Assembly: GCA_000442015.1 (NCBI GenBank) | Contig: KE560848.1 | Location: 157,389 to 221,388 of the forward strand | Reading direction: 5' to 3' | From: Rozella allomycis CSF55 | Taxonomy: Eukaryota | DNA length: 64,000 nt | Shown here: in pieces, positions 1 to 11,981 of the stretch | Numbering within the stretch: the first letter of the stretch is position 1 | Layout: every line of letters starts with the position of its first letter | Notes under the pieces: generated by a model | Seen by the model: only the letters and a program-made list of their open reading frames with translations | Database searches by the model: none | What the model was told of the DNA's origin: nothing | Program-made: the position numbers and the translations under genes

Positions 1-1020
1 TAAACAGCGTTTTGAAACACTTCATAAGCTTTTGTGTAATTCTTTTGAGCCATGTACGCCCTTCCTAGCAAATACAGTACTTGCCCATCGTTCGGCTTTA
101 ATTCAAGACATCGATTTAAAAGATGCACTGCGATTTCAAAATTTTGATACTTGGAAGGCTGTTGAAGTAACCAGCCAAGTTGCTGTAGGCACTTTACATT
201 TTTGGAATTTTCCAAAAGCAATTTGTCGTAAACTTCTTTAGCAGAAGCAATCTAATTTAATAAAACAATAAATTTTACGTCGCCTGAACATTCATAAACA
301 TGTCCAATTTCAAATAGAATATCTGATTCCGTCATTGACTTTGGCCTGTTAGTCAGCACGTATCTCAAACACTTTTAAACACATTAAATAAAACATACTT
401 CAACGCTAGTTTCAAATTTCTTTTGATGTTTATACAACAATCCTAATCTGAAATAAATGTCATTTGCTTTTTCAAATCTTGGATCCATTTTTAAAACAGC
501 ATTGTATGCCTCTTCCGCATGCTCATAAGATGAATATCGATCGTATAATCTTGCTATGCCGTACCACATGTTTGGATCCTATTTCAATCTTTATATTTTG
601 GTTACCCTGGGGTTGCTTAGATTATAGAGTGCCTGCTGGTACGCAGAGTATGACTTTTGTAATTCATCTGTCATTAAATAACAATACGCTAAATTTGCCC
701 ACGTTTCCCCATTATGTGCCTCGATATTGATCGCTCTTTGGTAGTATTCCGCAGCCTATACTAGACACGGATCATCTATACCTTTGAATATGATTCTTTG
801 TTTTTATAGAATACCGCGAGTTGTTTTAAGGCTTGTATAGAGTATGGATTATGTCTTAGGGCATATTCATACGCTTGAAATGACCTATCCGATTCATTTA
901 AGAGATCAGACAAGGCGCCTATTTTAAAACGTAGAAAAAAATACCTATTTGTATCCAGGTCTGTTCAGTAAGAGATGCAAGCTTCTGAGAAGATGCCATC
1001 ACGCTTGAAGAAGCAGTCAT
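1..1020 (-). CDS. CYC8: Cyc8/Ssn6 TPR corepressor (3' end runs off the window; multi-exon)
   Basis: Spliced translation MTASSS...QTWIQIG...AAEYYQRAINIE...DPNMWYGIARLYDRY...IYFRLGLLYKHQ has Ssn6-type TPRs; 26-27 nt introns. Confidence 0.85.
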
Positions 1021-1092
1021 TAAAAACAGGGGTAGGAATCAACTAAAAACAAAATAAAAGCACGAGGTAATAAAATTTAATATTTATTTTCT

Positions 1093-2707
1093 TTATTGTC
1101 CAAGCTCAAAAATATTAACCTTAATTAAACAAAAAATTAAAATTTACAGTGTGTCTGCTAGTTGACGCCGCCACCCTGTTGCATTTTGCATTCCAACTTA
1201 CTTCGAAAATACCGCCATCGCAAAGAAAACTCTTTATTAGCTTTCCATCCTATCTTAAAAATTAAAATTTAATACTTTTGTTGACCAAATATTGAGGTGC
1301 TTGTCAAAAGAACCGCTAGCCAAATATTTGCCATCTGGAGAATACGCGATGGAATAAATTGGTTCTCTATGGCTATTTAAAGTATAAAGGCAACGTTTGG
1401 TGGAAACATCCCAAACCTTAACTGTGGCGTCAAATGATGCAGTCGAAACAATGTTGTCATCCTTTGGACTCCATCGCAGAGTATAAATTTCACGATTGTG
1501 TTCTGAAAATGTTTCTATACAAGATGAATTTTCCGGCCTCCAAATCTTTCAAGAAAAAAATAAAAAAATACTTTGGCGGTTTTATCGTCTGAACAAGAAG
1601 CAAGAAGAGATCCATCGTTATTCCATCTCACAGTGTTAACTTCACTCTAATGATAAAGTAAATAATCACAAAATACCAAATGGCCATTAAATATTTGTTT
1701 TGGGTTCGTTGAATCTATTGAATACACGTGGATTGATTTATCCGCTGAACAAGAAGCAAAAGTGGAGGTATCTTTCCAGTCAACGTCTAAGGTAGCCCCT
1801 GGTCAAATTTGCAAAACAGAAATTACCCGAATGATTTGAAAAAGTTTGAATTATTTGTCCAGAATGACTATCCCAAACAATTGAGGTTTTATCTGCGCAG
1901 CCCGAGAGCAACAAAGTTGAATCTTTATTCCAGCGCAACGAAAATACAGGGCCGTTGTGTTTCCTTAGGCTATGAAGCTCTACGCCCTCATCAGACCATA
2001 CTTTTATTGTTCCATCGTACGAACCTGTCGCTAATCGTGTGCCATCATGGCTCCAATCTAATGACGTCATATCATTCGCTTCTTTTCCTTCATTTTGCTT
2101 CAAAACTGATAATTCTTCATATTTATTATCAATCGACCAAATCCTACTCGTGCTGTCGCCTGACCTATAATAAATATCCAATGTTGATTTTACCCAGTGG
2201 CAATAATATTTTTTGATGGATGCCATGAGCAAAGAAATACCTTTTAAATTTGTATTATTTATATACCTCTGCTGAATGCCCACTGAGAGTTAGTGGCTTG
2301 TCATTATTTTCACCATTTTCGACAACGTCATCTATTCAATTTTAGGTAACTTTTTACCTATTTGCATTGTGTTATCTTCTTGACATACATGTGGCTGTAA
2401 TAAAGAAAAAGGCTGGTGGCATCGTTTCTCACTACCGTTCTTTCTTTCAGAGAATAAACTATTACTTCGTTAAAGTGAGTTTCAACTTCGGTATACAACA
2501 GTGCTTTCTGTAATAGTGTTACTAGAGCACCAGTTGCTACTTGAACATCTCCCTTTAGGCGCGAAAAGAGGTGACTCTCATGTGCAAGCGAAAATGACGA
2601 GTGTAAAAAACCTAAATCACTCTATAAATCCCGATCTATGTACCTGATTCTTGTAAATACCTATATACAAGAAAATTAACTTCGTCGCTCGTAATGCTGG
2701 ACGGCAT
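1093..2707 (-). CDS. SIF2: TBL1/Sif2 LisH-WD40 protein
   Basis: N-terminal LisH MPSSITSDEVNFLVYRYLQES|GFLHSSF; WD repeats SLDWSHDGTRLATGSYDG, HNGPVFSLRWN; about 9 micro-introns. Confidence 0.9.
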
Positions 2708-2760
2708 AAGAGCTAAAATGAATTGTGAAATTTACTATTTCACCCTGGACAATTCCGAAT

Positions 2761-5173
2761 ATGGAGTTGAAGTATGCAAAATCCAACGATTTAGATAACT
2801 ATCTTTATTTTTGCATGTATTATTCCCTTTATTTGAATTTTTAGTTATGGGAAAGGTACTGCAACGGTTACCTTTATGAGAAAGAGCAAGTCAGGAATAA
2901 CCAAAATTGTCAAATTGTATTAAATAGTTAAAGTTATTACAGGAATGAATGGGCATATTTGCCAATAAAACTAAATCAAATTGATCCTTCTTGTAAATTG
3001 AAAATAGAGCCTAAAGACGCAAACTTGATTTACTATTGCAATTTATTCGAACAAAACATAATTCTAAAAACAGGCAAACACATTCTAGGAAGAGAATGTT
3101 CTGCAATCAGCGAGGTTGACATTGTATAATCATGTTATTAGAAATTGAAAATGTATGAAAGAAACGAGTTGACGAAAGATGAATGGCTCGACTCTCTGGT
3201 ATTCCCAGAAATATATAAAATTGTACACGTCCAAGCACGAGAAGGCGAATTGGAAATAGACTTTCCCTTGTATGAAGTTCCTATCCTTTATGAACAACGA
3301 CAAATAGTAAATTTTAGTAATTGGAATATAAAGAAATACCCGTGCATGAAAATTGATGACCTTGTGGATAATGTTGTTGAAGCTAAACATAAAAAGCTAG
3401 CTCGTGGTGGAATTGAACGTTTCGGACCATTTGACCGCGACTTGATTCCAAACGCAAAGATAAGAAATGAATTGATGGTAATAAATAAAATGCTTTTTAA
3501 AAGAAAATTATTAATTATCCCCTCATTCAAGATTTGGATGAACATGAGCAAAACCTTATTTGGCGATTTAGATATTTTCTTAAGAAAAATAAACAAGCCA
3601 TGCCCAAGTTTTTAAAGTGCGTTATATGGAAGGATCATTTGGAGGTGAAACAAGCATTAGAATTAATGAGAATGTGGGATCCGATTGACATGGAGGATTT
3701 ACTTGAATTGTTCAGCAGCAGAATATCTGCAGTCAGAAATTATGCAGTTGAACAATTATCAAGATTTAATGATGAAGAATTAGAATTGTTTTTGCCGCAA
3801 TTGGTTCAAGCAATGAAATTTGAGTCCGAAGATGAAATAAAATCCAATCAACTCGTTCATTATTTCATTCAACGAGCTGCGATTAATTTAAGAATTTCTA
3901 ATTATTTATTTTGGGCTTTGAAATCAGGAGGTCAAAATAAATATTTCAGGTCAGTTTTGGCATACCTTATTATAAACTTGACACAACATGAAGAAGGCCG
4001 ATTCCATTGCGATATTCTTGAAAGACAATCAAAATTAATTTTGCAATTAAATAATTTAGTTTCAAAGATAAAATCCATTAGGTTAGTTAGGGTCAAAAAA
4101 GTAAAGTTTAGTTGTCAATTTCAAAAAAGGTTGAATGGCTTAGAAGTTATATTGAAGATCCTGCAAATGAATTGAATAATTTTAAGCCGATACCTTTTCC
4201 ATTAGACCCAAACTTTTTAATAAATGGCATTAATCATGGTACAAATAAAAATCTTTGAATGTATAGAAACCGCCTCTATATTCAAATCAAGTTTGGCACC
4301 GTTGATGCTGGAATTTAAGACTGTTAGCGGGTATAGATATCCAGTAATGTTCAAATTGGGTGATGATTTACGTCAAGATCAGCTTGTTGTTCAATTAATT
4401 CATTTGATGGACAGAATATTGAAAAATGAAAACTTGGATTTAAAATTTACTGTTTATAAAGTATTGTCGACGGGTGACAGGGAAGGAATGATGGAATTCA
4501 TTCCCTCCAAGACTTTGGCTAACATTCTCGCTGAATACAATGGAAATTTACAAAACTACTTGAAATCGCTTCATCCCTGCGATGATCCCGAAACATTCAA
4601 TATTGAACCAACCATTCTTGAAACTTATATAAAATCTTGTGGTATTTTTTCATTTTGATCTTTACAAAGCTGGATACTGTATTGTTACTTATTTACTAGG
4701 GGTTGGCGATAGACATTTAGAGAATTTGCTCTTGACTAGCCAAGGAAATTTATTTCATGTTGATTTTGGGTTTATATTGGGAAAAGATCCAAAGCCATTT
4801 CCACCGCCGATGAAATTGTGTAAGGAAATGGTAGAGGCAATGGGCGGACAATCATCTTTTCATTACGTCCAATTTAAATCTTATTGCTATCTGGCATTCA
4901 GCATTTTACGAAAACGCTCAAACTTGATTTTAAATATTTTCAACTTGATGCTAGATTCGGGCATTCAGGACATTTCACTGGACAAGGAATTTATACTTGA
5001 AAGAGTAATATAGAGATTAAAACTAATACTAGCTGCATGAAAAATTTCGATTGGATCTTTCAGAAGAGGAAGCCATGAATTTTATTGAGAATACCATTCA
5101 AGAGAGTGTCAAAGCATTATTTCCTCAAATGATGGAAAAAATTCATCAATGGGCTCAATATTGGCGCAGGTAA
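2761..5173 (+). CDS. VPS34: Class III phosphatidylinositol 3-kinase
   Basis: [47 protein letters not shown]-terminal HQWAQYWRR. Confidence 0.95.
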
Positions 5174-5622
5174 ACAAGGGCCGCCATGCTGGACGTGGAG
5201 GGTTTTAAAAATATGAACTTCTAATTTCAATAAAGTTACATTTTGCCTATCTGATATTGCTTATCCAATTCAATCGAACTTACAATACATCATTTTTTAA
5301 ATAGATACAATTAATTTATTAATTGTATTTATAAAGGATGAGGGATCCACATCGATCATGATCTTTTCAGACATATCAGAATGAACCTCCTTATCGAAAC
5401 CTATCGGCTATCAATTTTATTTGCAACTAATAAAAAATCCTTGCAGTGTTTCTCTCTTTATCGTATTCTTGACACGTTATCAGCAATGTCGCCAGACTTG
5501 GAAAAGCTGGTTACAAGTTACTTAATTTATTTTTTTAAATATTTAAAAATGTTAATTTAATTACGTTTATAGATCATCTATCTCAATGTTTCATCCCAGT
5601 AAGGGAAATTTCCAATATTGTC

Positions 5623-7559
5623 ATGCCAGAGGGAGAAGCAATTTTAGGAACATCAACAGAAGAACAAAAAACATCTTTAGTGAATGCTTTTTCAAGTGAA
5701 AATGTTGAAACGAGTCAACAAGCCTTGAACGGGCCTAGTCAATCGGGATACCCAGAATCTCAACAAAACAAGCAAATTGCCCAAGAATTTATTTTTCTCA
5801 TGGAAAAAAGTCAGCATGTATTTATTGCCTTAAAGTAAAATGCTGTGTAAAAATCAATAAGGGATTTACCGCCAACTGCCACACCGAAGCAATGGCAGCC
5901 ATTCTTTCAAAGAGCGTTTGAAATATTTACCAGAGTAAAAAGATAAAATTTAACTTAAAAGTTATGGAAATATCAGCAAGAACATAGGTAACTTGATGGG
6001 TACACTAGGATAGAACCATCTTGGAACAAAAGGAATACTATGGGATTAAACGATGGGAGATTGGTGAGATAGCATCTAAAATCGGGCAACTTTATTATCA
6101 TTACTAGTAAAAGTGTTTTTAATGAAATAAAAGCCTCCGAACAAGCGAAACAAGCTACCTTTTAGAAGCTAGTGTTTTCTACGAAGCAATTAGAGATAGG
6201 GCTTACTTTAAAGAGGCATTTGATACAAACAAGTAAGTGCCTACTTTTTAAATGTTAAAAGCCCGCAATTAGTCTTAAAAAAGATGAGATATTATGCTCG
6301 ATTTTTGGTCATTTCGTTATTGTTAAATAAAAGAGAGTTTGCCAAGGTGCTGCTTGATGAATTGGATCAGCACGTTAAAGATTACATTGGCGTTTTTAAG
6401 CCATCCGATTCACAAGAATGGAATGAAATTCTAAAGGAAGTGGTGCAATTTTTGGACGTAAATAAACTTTTGAAGCTTAAAAGGCTGATAAAAATGTCGT
6501 TCCTGTGGATTATGAAGGTGCCTACCTTCCTGTGGAGACCCGCTTAGCTAACATTGAAACAAATGAGAAAGGCTTAAAATTGACTCATTCAATTATTGTT
6601 GGAAATTATCCTTCTCAAGTAACATTGAAACCATTAAGCGATAGATTAAATTCTCAGAGTTGTCGTTGGATATGTTTCGGATGCTTCAAGCTATAGAAAG
6701 GCAACCAAAAATGCGATCAGAAGATAAATCATTGAAAAGGTTTAATCCCACCAAGCACTTACTCTACCGTCCATCATTCAGCACACTATTCCAATATATG
6801 GCTAATTGTTTCAAGGTAGACATTTAATATTGATTTATTAGGATATTTCTGACAATGGAGTATTACTTTTGTATTTTTCAGGGGAGGGGACAGTTAGTGA
6901 AAATTCAGAAACGAACCTTGGCGGGATTTCTACATCCACTAAAAAAGATCAAGTGAAATCAATTAAAGAGTGCCTCCATTTAACTGATATTGTTCCGTTT
7001 ACGAGGAAACCATTGGTGTTAATTGCTGACAGCAATGTAAGTAACGCCTACTCATCGTTTACTTCACCTTTTGACAGTCCCACTCTATTCTTATTATCCC
7101 CAACCAAAGTCAGTGAGCACTTGAAAGATCCATCCGTCTCTGGAAATTTGTTCACTCTATTTTTATTAAACCCAATTTTGGCTATTTGCATGGTTTGCAA
7201 CATTTCTGAAATACAGGCGGACATTTGGGCCAAAGCAAAAGAAGAAATACAAAATTCTGAAATTTCTATAATCAATGCCCTGAAAGAATCAAATGACATA
7301 CGTAATTCGCAATATGGTTTATGATGTAGACAATAACATTAAAGTGTTTTTAAACGATGAATTTCTTTCAAGAATAATATCTCGGTTTGTCTTCTCCAAA
7401 GTACTTCTTTCATTGTCTTCAAAATTCAATGGTGATCCATGCTTATTACCAAATTCAGTTCCCCACATTCCTGATTCTTTCTACTCTGGGATAATTGGAA
7501 CGGTAAAATCGCTTCTCATAATCATGAACGTCGCTGATCAATTTCAAATGCCTCAATAA
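5623..7559 (+). CDS. SCAI: SCAI-family protein
   Basis: Spliced LWKYQQEHR...YGIKRWEIGEIASKIGQLYYHYYLRTSETSYL...KKMRYYARF, NPTKHLLYRPS, PFTRKPLVLIADS. Confidence 0.85.
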
Positions 7560-7708
7560 ATCGTTTTGTTAAATAAGAAATGCTGTAAATTTGAGTTGAC
7601 TGATAATCCCAACGATTTTAACCAGGGTCATTCATCCCCTTGTCTCCGTTAAGGCAATATCAATGTAATCTCAAAAGTATAAATTTCATAATTTAGATTT
7701 ATTCATTT

Positions 7709-9578
7709 TTATCTTTCAATGATTTGAGTTACAAATCCAATTATTTTAACGTTCCCATCTCTGAATAATAAACGAGATCCTTTGGTGACATATTCAGGGG
7801 ATACTGAAAATTTAAAATTGACTGTAGCTCGATCCCCCTTGTTGATGCCAATCGGAGTGGTAAGCTTCAACGAAGAACCTGACCTTGATTTCTTTAGAGA
7901 TACCTCTTTATCTCTTTCTGTGCTCATTATTTTGACCACTTCTTTCAATGTGGCTGCCTGCTTCACCGCGCCAATGTGTAGGAATCCTTTATGGTTTGGA
8001 AAAATAGTTTTCCTTGACGATAAAACAGAAACTTCAGCTTCTATCTCAAAAAATGATTTAAATGGCGAAAGTTTTGGATCGCTGCTGACAATAATCATCC
8101 CCTTACGCACTACACTTCTTTCAACACCGAATATTGCGAGTGAACCAGATTCATCTTCCTTTAATAAGTTAACGGAAACCCTTTGGCAATGAATGGAATT
8201 GATCTTAATTGGTCTATAATCCCCCTTTCTGTCTGGACCAATGTAGAATGTTCTTTGATCATTTGCATTAATAAATCCCTTATTCAATTTTCCTGCAACG
8301 ACAATTCCAATTTGATAAATCTCAAATATGTCTTCAATAAGAAATTCAACTTCATGCGGGCTTGTATTTAAAGCTAATTGCTCATTCTTTGGAAGATTAA
8401 ATAATAATTTCTGCAAAATTTCCAATCCTTTATGCGTGGAGTCAGTACAGGAGACAGGGACAATGGGGATTACCGACAAGGACGCGGTAGGCTCTAATTG
8501 GTTCAAATTTTCTACCAAACTTATTTTAAATTTTATTGATTCTGCAAATCTTTCGATTTTAGATAAAATTCTCAACAAGTTCTCGTCATCAACAAGATCA
8601 ACTTTAGTCAAAGCCACAATTATTGGAATGTGAAAAATTCTTGACATTTCAAAGTGCTAAAACATAGTATGACAAAAGATTTACTTCTTTTGTTAGATCG
8701 CTGAGATTTTCGCTTAAAGCTGAAATTACAACTAATGCGTAATCCGGTTTACATTGCATGAAACCACTTAACGTTGACCTAACGTATTTCTCATGCCCCG
8801 CCAGATCAATTAAAGACACGACCTTTACAGACTCCTTTAAAATGTCTCCCCACATCTTTCTTGATATTTCATCGTCGCCAAAACCAAAAATGTCTTCAGA
8901 CTTTTGTCTCGTTTTCTGGTTTACAATATTCCCTGACTCATCGAATCCGAGAACTTCGTATGTCATAGATGAAGTCCTCCCAGTTAATATTTCATGCCTA
9001 TGTCGCAACATGTTCAATCTCGCCTTTCCTCTCCCATCATCTAACTCTCCCTGAGAAAATACGCCAATTAATGTTGATTTGCCCACCCTTGTATCTCCAA
9101 GCACCGCAATTCTAGTTTCTACAATATGCAAATGTTCAGCAAGTTTTTGCCTAATCCAAACTTCTGCTATATAATTATTGGATTTCTGAATCTGAATCTC
9201 TCGCACTGTTACAATCGTAGCATGAACTCTCTTGCAAACTCTGCCCAAAGTTCTCAAGGAAACTTTTAAATCCTCTTTGGAAAGTCCAACGCATGAACCA
9301 TCATCCTCAACCCTACATGGCGAGAATAATCAAATATTACCCAATTTCGTAAAATGCGTTTCCTGTTCCGGTTAATCTCCAATTCATTTGAGTAGCTAGC
9401 TCTTCAATACGCTCTTCTGATAGATTTTTAAGCTTATACTCTCTACAATCAAAATACGTTTTACTTTGTATTCTATATTGTCCTTTTCTACTTCCGGTGG
9501 AAGGCTAAATTTTGTGGGCAAATAAATATCTTTGTAGTCATGAAAAAACCCAACTTGGTTAACATTCTCCATGGACAC
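7709..9578 (-). CDS. GTPBP2: GTPBP1/GTPBP2 translational GTPase
   Basis: LPPEVEKDNIEYK, G1 GDTRVGKST, RHRHEILTGRTSS, G3 DLAGHEKY, G4 TKVD; introns 9439-9464 and two 28-nt introns. Confidence 0.9.
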
Positions 9579-9678
9579 GGAATAAGATGCTAAGTAAAGA
9601 AACTATTGCAAGGGCTATAATTAATTATCCATAAAGCAATTTGATTAATTAAATAAATATAAAAAGTGATTTGTATTT

Positions 9679-10356
9679 TTATTTATTTTTATCTTCGTCC
9701 TCCAATTTTTGGATTTGCCACAACACCTTTTCCTTCTCTTGAGCAGGGACAATGCATTCGTGGCTTAATTTCTTTTCATGGCAATAATAGACATGTTTAT
9801 ACCAAATATTCAATTTGTCTTGTCTCCCTCTCCTGTTAACAAGAACAAAATTTTCACACTCGTCACACTTTGCTACAACTCTGCTGTCCTGCAGCACATA
9901 AACTTTATCTGGTCGTTTGAGGAATTGCTTAGACGAGCCTGAAACTCCATGCTGAGAAAGCATGTGTTGCCAGTAAGATCCATTCCTAAGATCTTTCCAT
10001 TCGTCCTTTTTACAATACCTACATTTCCCTTCACGAATCCCAACTTTAGACACTCTGATATATTCAGGGCGATAATGATCATTAACATCGCATCTTTCTT
10101 TGCTTATTTTATATGGCATTGAATGCGACAAACTGTTTGGTTTATGATCTTTAAACTTTGAAACATATGTTTGACTAATGTTAGCTAGATCCATAATGTT
10201 TGCAAACGTATTGTAGTTAAAACTGTCAATTTCCTGTCCGGTCTTCTTCTTTAAAGTAGCATTAGTGCCAGACTTAAAAGTAAGTAAAATTTTGGCGGCA
10301 ATACTCTCTTCACTTTCGAGAAAATCTTTTAGGGAGTCTTGATTATCCGTCTTCAT
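9679..10356 (-). CDS. Rua1 C-terminal-like (DUF4451-type) Cys/His putative transcription regulator
   Basis: Intronless ORF with YRPEYIR...REGKCRYC...W..LRNGSYWQHM..QHGVS...CDEC...WYKH...CH; probable ATG at 10356. Confidence 0.6.
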   Translation of the reverse strand: MKTDNQDSLKDFLESEESIAAKILLTFKSGTNATLKKKTGQEIDSFNYNTFANIMDLANISQTYVSKFKDHKPNSLSHSMPYKISKERCDVNDHYRPEYIRVSKVGIREGKCRYCKKDEWKDLRNGSYWQHMLSQHGVSGSSKQFLKRPDKVYVLQDSRVVAKCDECENFVLVNRRGRQDKLNIWYKHVYYCHEKKLSHECIVPAQEKEKVLWQIQKLEDEDKNK

Positions 10357-10451
10357 AATGCAAGAAAGATACTTCGGGCAGATATCGATATGTGCTATTA
10401 ATAACCTGAATGAGCATGGATCTATACAAAGATAGGGAACAAGAAATTTCA

Positions 10452-11701
10452 ATGTTGGTTAGTGTGGGCCAATGTGGGGCTCAGGTACTAAATGAAATCA
10501 AGTAAGCGTTCATATTACGGAACACAGTGAATTTATAAAAATAGAAAAAAATATAGCAATTGATACCGAGAAAAAGGTTAATTATTAAACTTTGACTTTA
10601 AATTGAGGTATTATGTAGAATAGGAAAAAGGAATCCTAAAATATATACTTATACTATGAGAAGGAGCGGAAGTGCAAGTTGCTGGGCATTGGGTTACAGT
10701 TCCGAATCCAAATCAATAAATAATGTGAATGAAACAATTCGAAGATCACTGGAGAAAAATCCGGGAGAATCTTTGAATTTTGTATTATCTGTTGGCGGAG
10801 GTACAGGATCTGGGGTGACATGTGCAATATTAGAGAAAATAAGAGAAGAAATTGATGTAAACACTCCTACAACAGCCATATTAATATTCCCATTTAACTC
10901 TGGGGATAATCCATTGCAATATTATAATGCAATTTTATCGTTATCAATAATCTACAAGTAAAATATGAGTTAATTGGAAAAAAATTGATATTCAGATATA
11001 ATCATTCCGTCGTTTAATGATGATGGTATTAGTTGCGCGCCCAGTTCATCAGGAGCGGGATTGTATAAAGAAATTAATCGTAATCTAGCCACTAAAATTA
11101 TTGGCAATTTCGGAAGCGAGCTCGATACTTGGCCATCCATTTGCCAAGTTTGCCCTGACGAACGTCTTAAATTCATGTCTTTGGGTTCATCATTAAGCAA
11201 TAAGCATTCTAGTTTTGAGTAAAATACTCATTTTGATAATATCGGTCTACAATAGGAGAGGAATGTCGAAAATGTTTCTGTACTTTTCCACAACAAGGAA
11301 TGTTTGAAAATAATCTAAAGTATTTATCAGTATCTTGTTATTATAGATCATCAGGAATTCTTGTCACTATAAGGAGAATGACTGGAGCGTTACCAGACAT
11401 TAGGATCCCGAAAGTGACTTGGCGGGATGACGTCACATCCCAAGTTACAAGTGAGTCACTTCAATTTTTTAAAAAAGAAAATGATCAAAATATAAAAAGA
11501 TCTGTTAATATTGCCTACAACGATCCTTGGGCTTCCAAAAAGGTACAACCAATTTTGCAAAAGGCGGAACAATTGAGAAACAATAATGCATATTGGCATT
11601 GGTATCAGAGGTATTATGGTGAGGACATTGATGAAGTATTTAAAGCTTCATGCGAATCAGTTAAAAAGATCATACACGATTATTCCAATTTATCCAAATA
11701 A
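10452..11701 (+). CDS. Divergent tubulin, zeta/eta-like (delta-related), 4 introns
   Basis: MLVSVGQCGAQV, IAIDTEKKV, GSASCWALGY, SVGGGTGSG, GDNPLQYYNAIL, VCPDERLKF, AYWHWYQRY. Confidence 0.75.
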
Positions 11702-11811
11702 AAGTTAAACCCGGCTTATAATAGTTTTAAGTTTCACATTAACAAATCAGAATGCGTCAATGACTTAGGATACCATAACTTATTCAAAAGAATCTTTTCG
11801 TCAAAAAAAAA

Positions 11812-11883
11812 TTCCGCATCGGGGAATCGAACCCCGGCCTTTGCGGTGAAAGCGCAAAATCCTAGCCACTAGACCAATGCGGA
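11812..11883 (-). tRNA. tRNA-Glu(TTC)
   Basis: Cloverleaf TCCGCAT...TTGCG-CT-TTC-AC-CGCAA...GGTTCGATTCCC; oligo-T terminator follows. Confidence 0.95.
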
Positions 11884-11884
11884 T

Positions 11885-11948
11885 ATACCAAAACTCATAA
11901 GAAACATTCTTTTGAAATACTAAAACTCATAAGAAACATTCTTTGCAA
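11885..11948. repeat. Two imperfect 32-bp tandem copies upstream of tRNA-Glu
   Basis: ataccaaaactcataagaaacattcttttgaa / atactaaaactcataagaaacattctttgcaa. Confidence 0.85.
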
Positions 11949-11981
11949 ATAAATTCGTGAAGAATGCGAAATTTTGTTTTA

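Noticed and set aside
3307-3333. In-frame, stop-free 27-nt GT-AG segment in VPS34
   Set aside because: Probably an ordinary intron; retention cannot be judged without RNA data
8647-8690. Apparent frameshift between the two GTPBP2 ORFs (similar ones in VPS34, MTR10 and MDR1)
   Set aside because: Explained by 26-29 nt GT-AG introns
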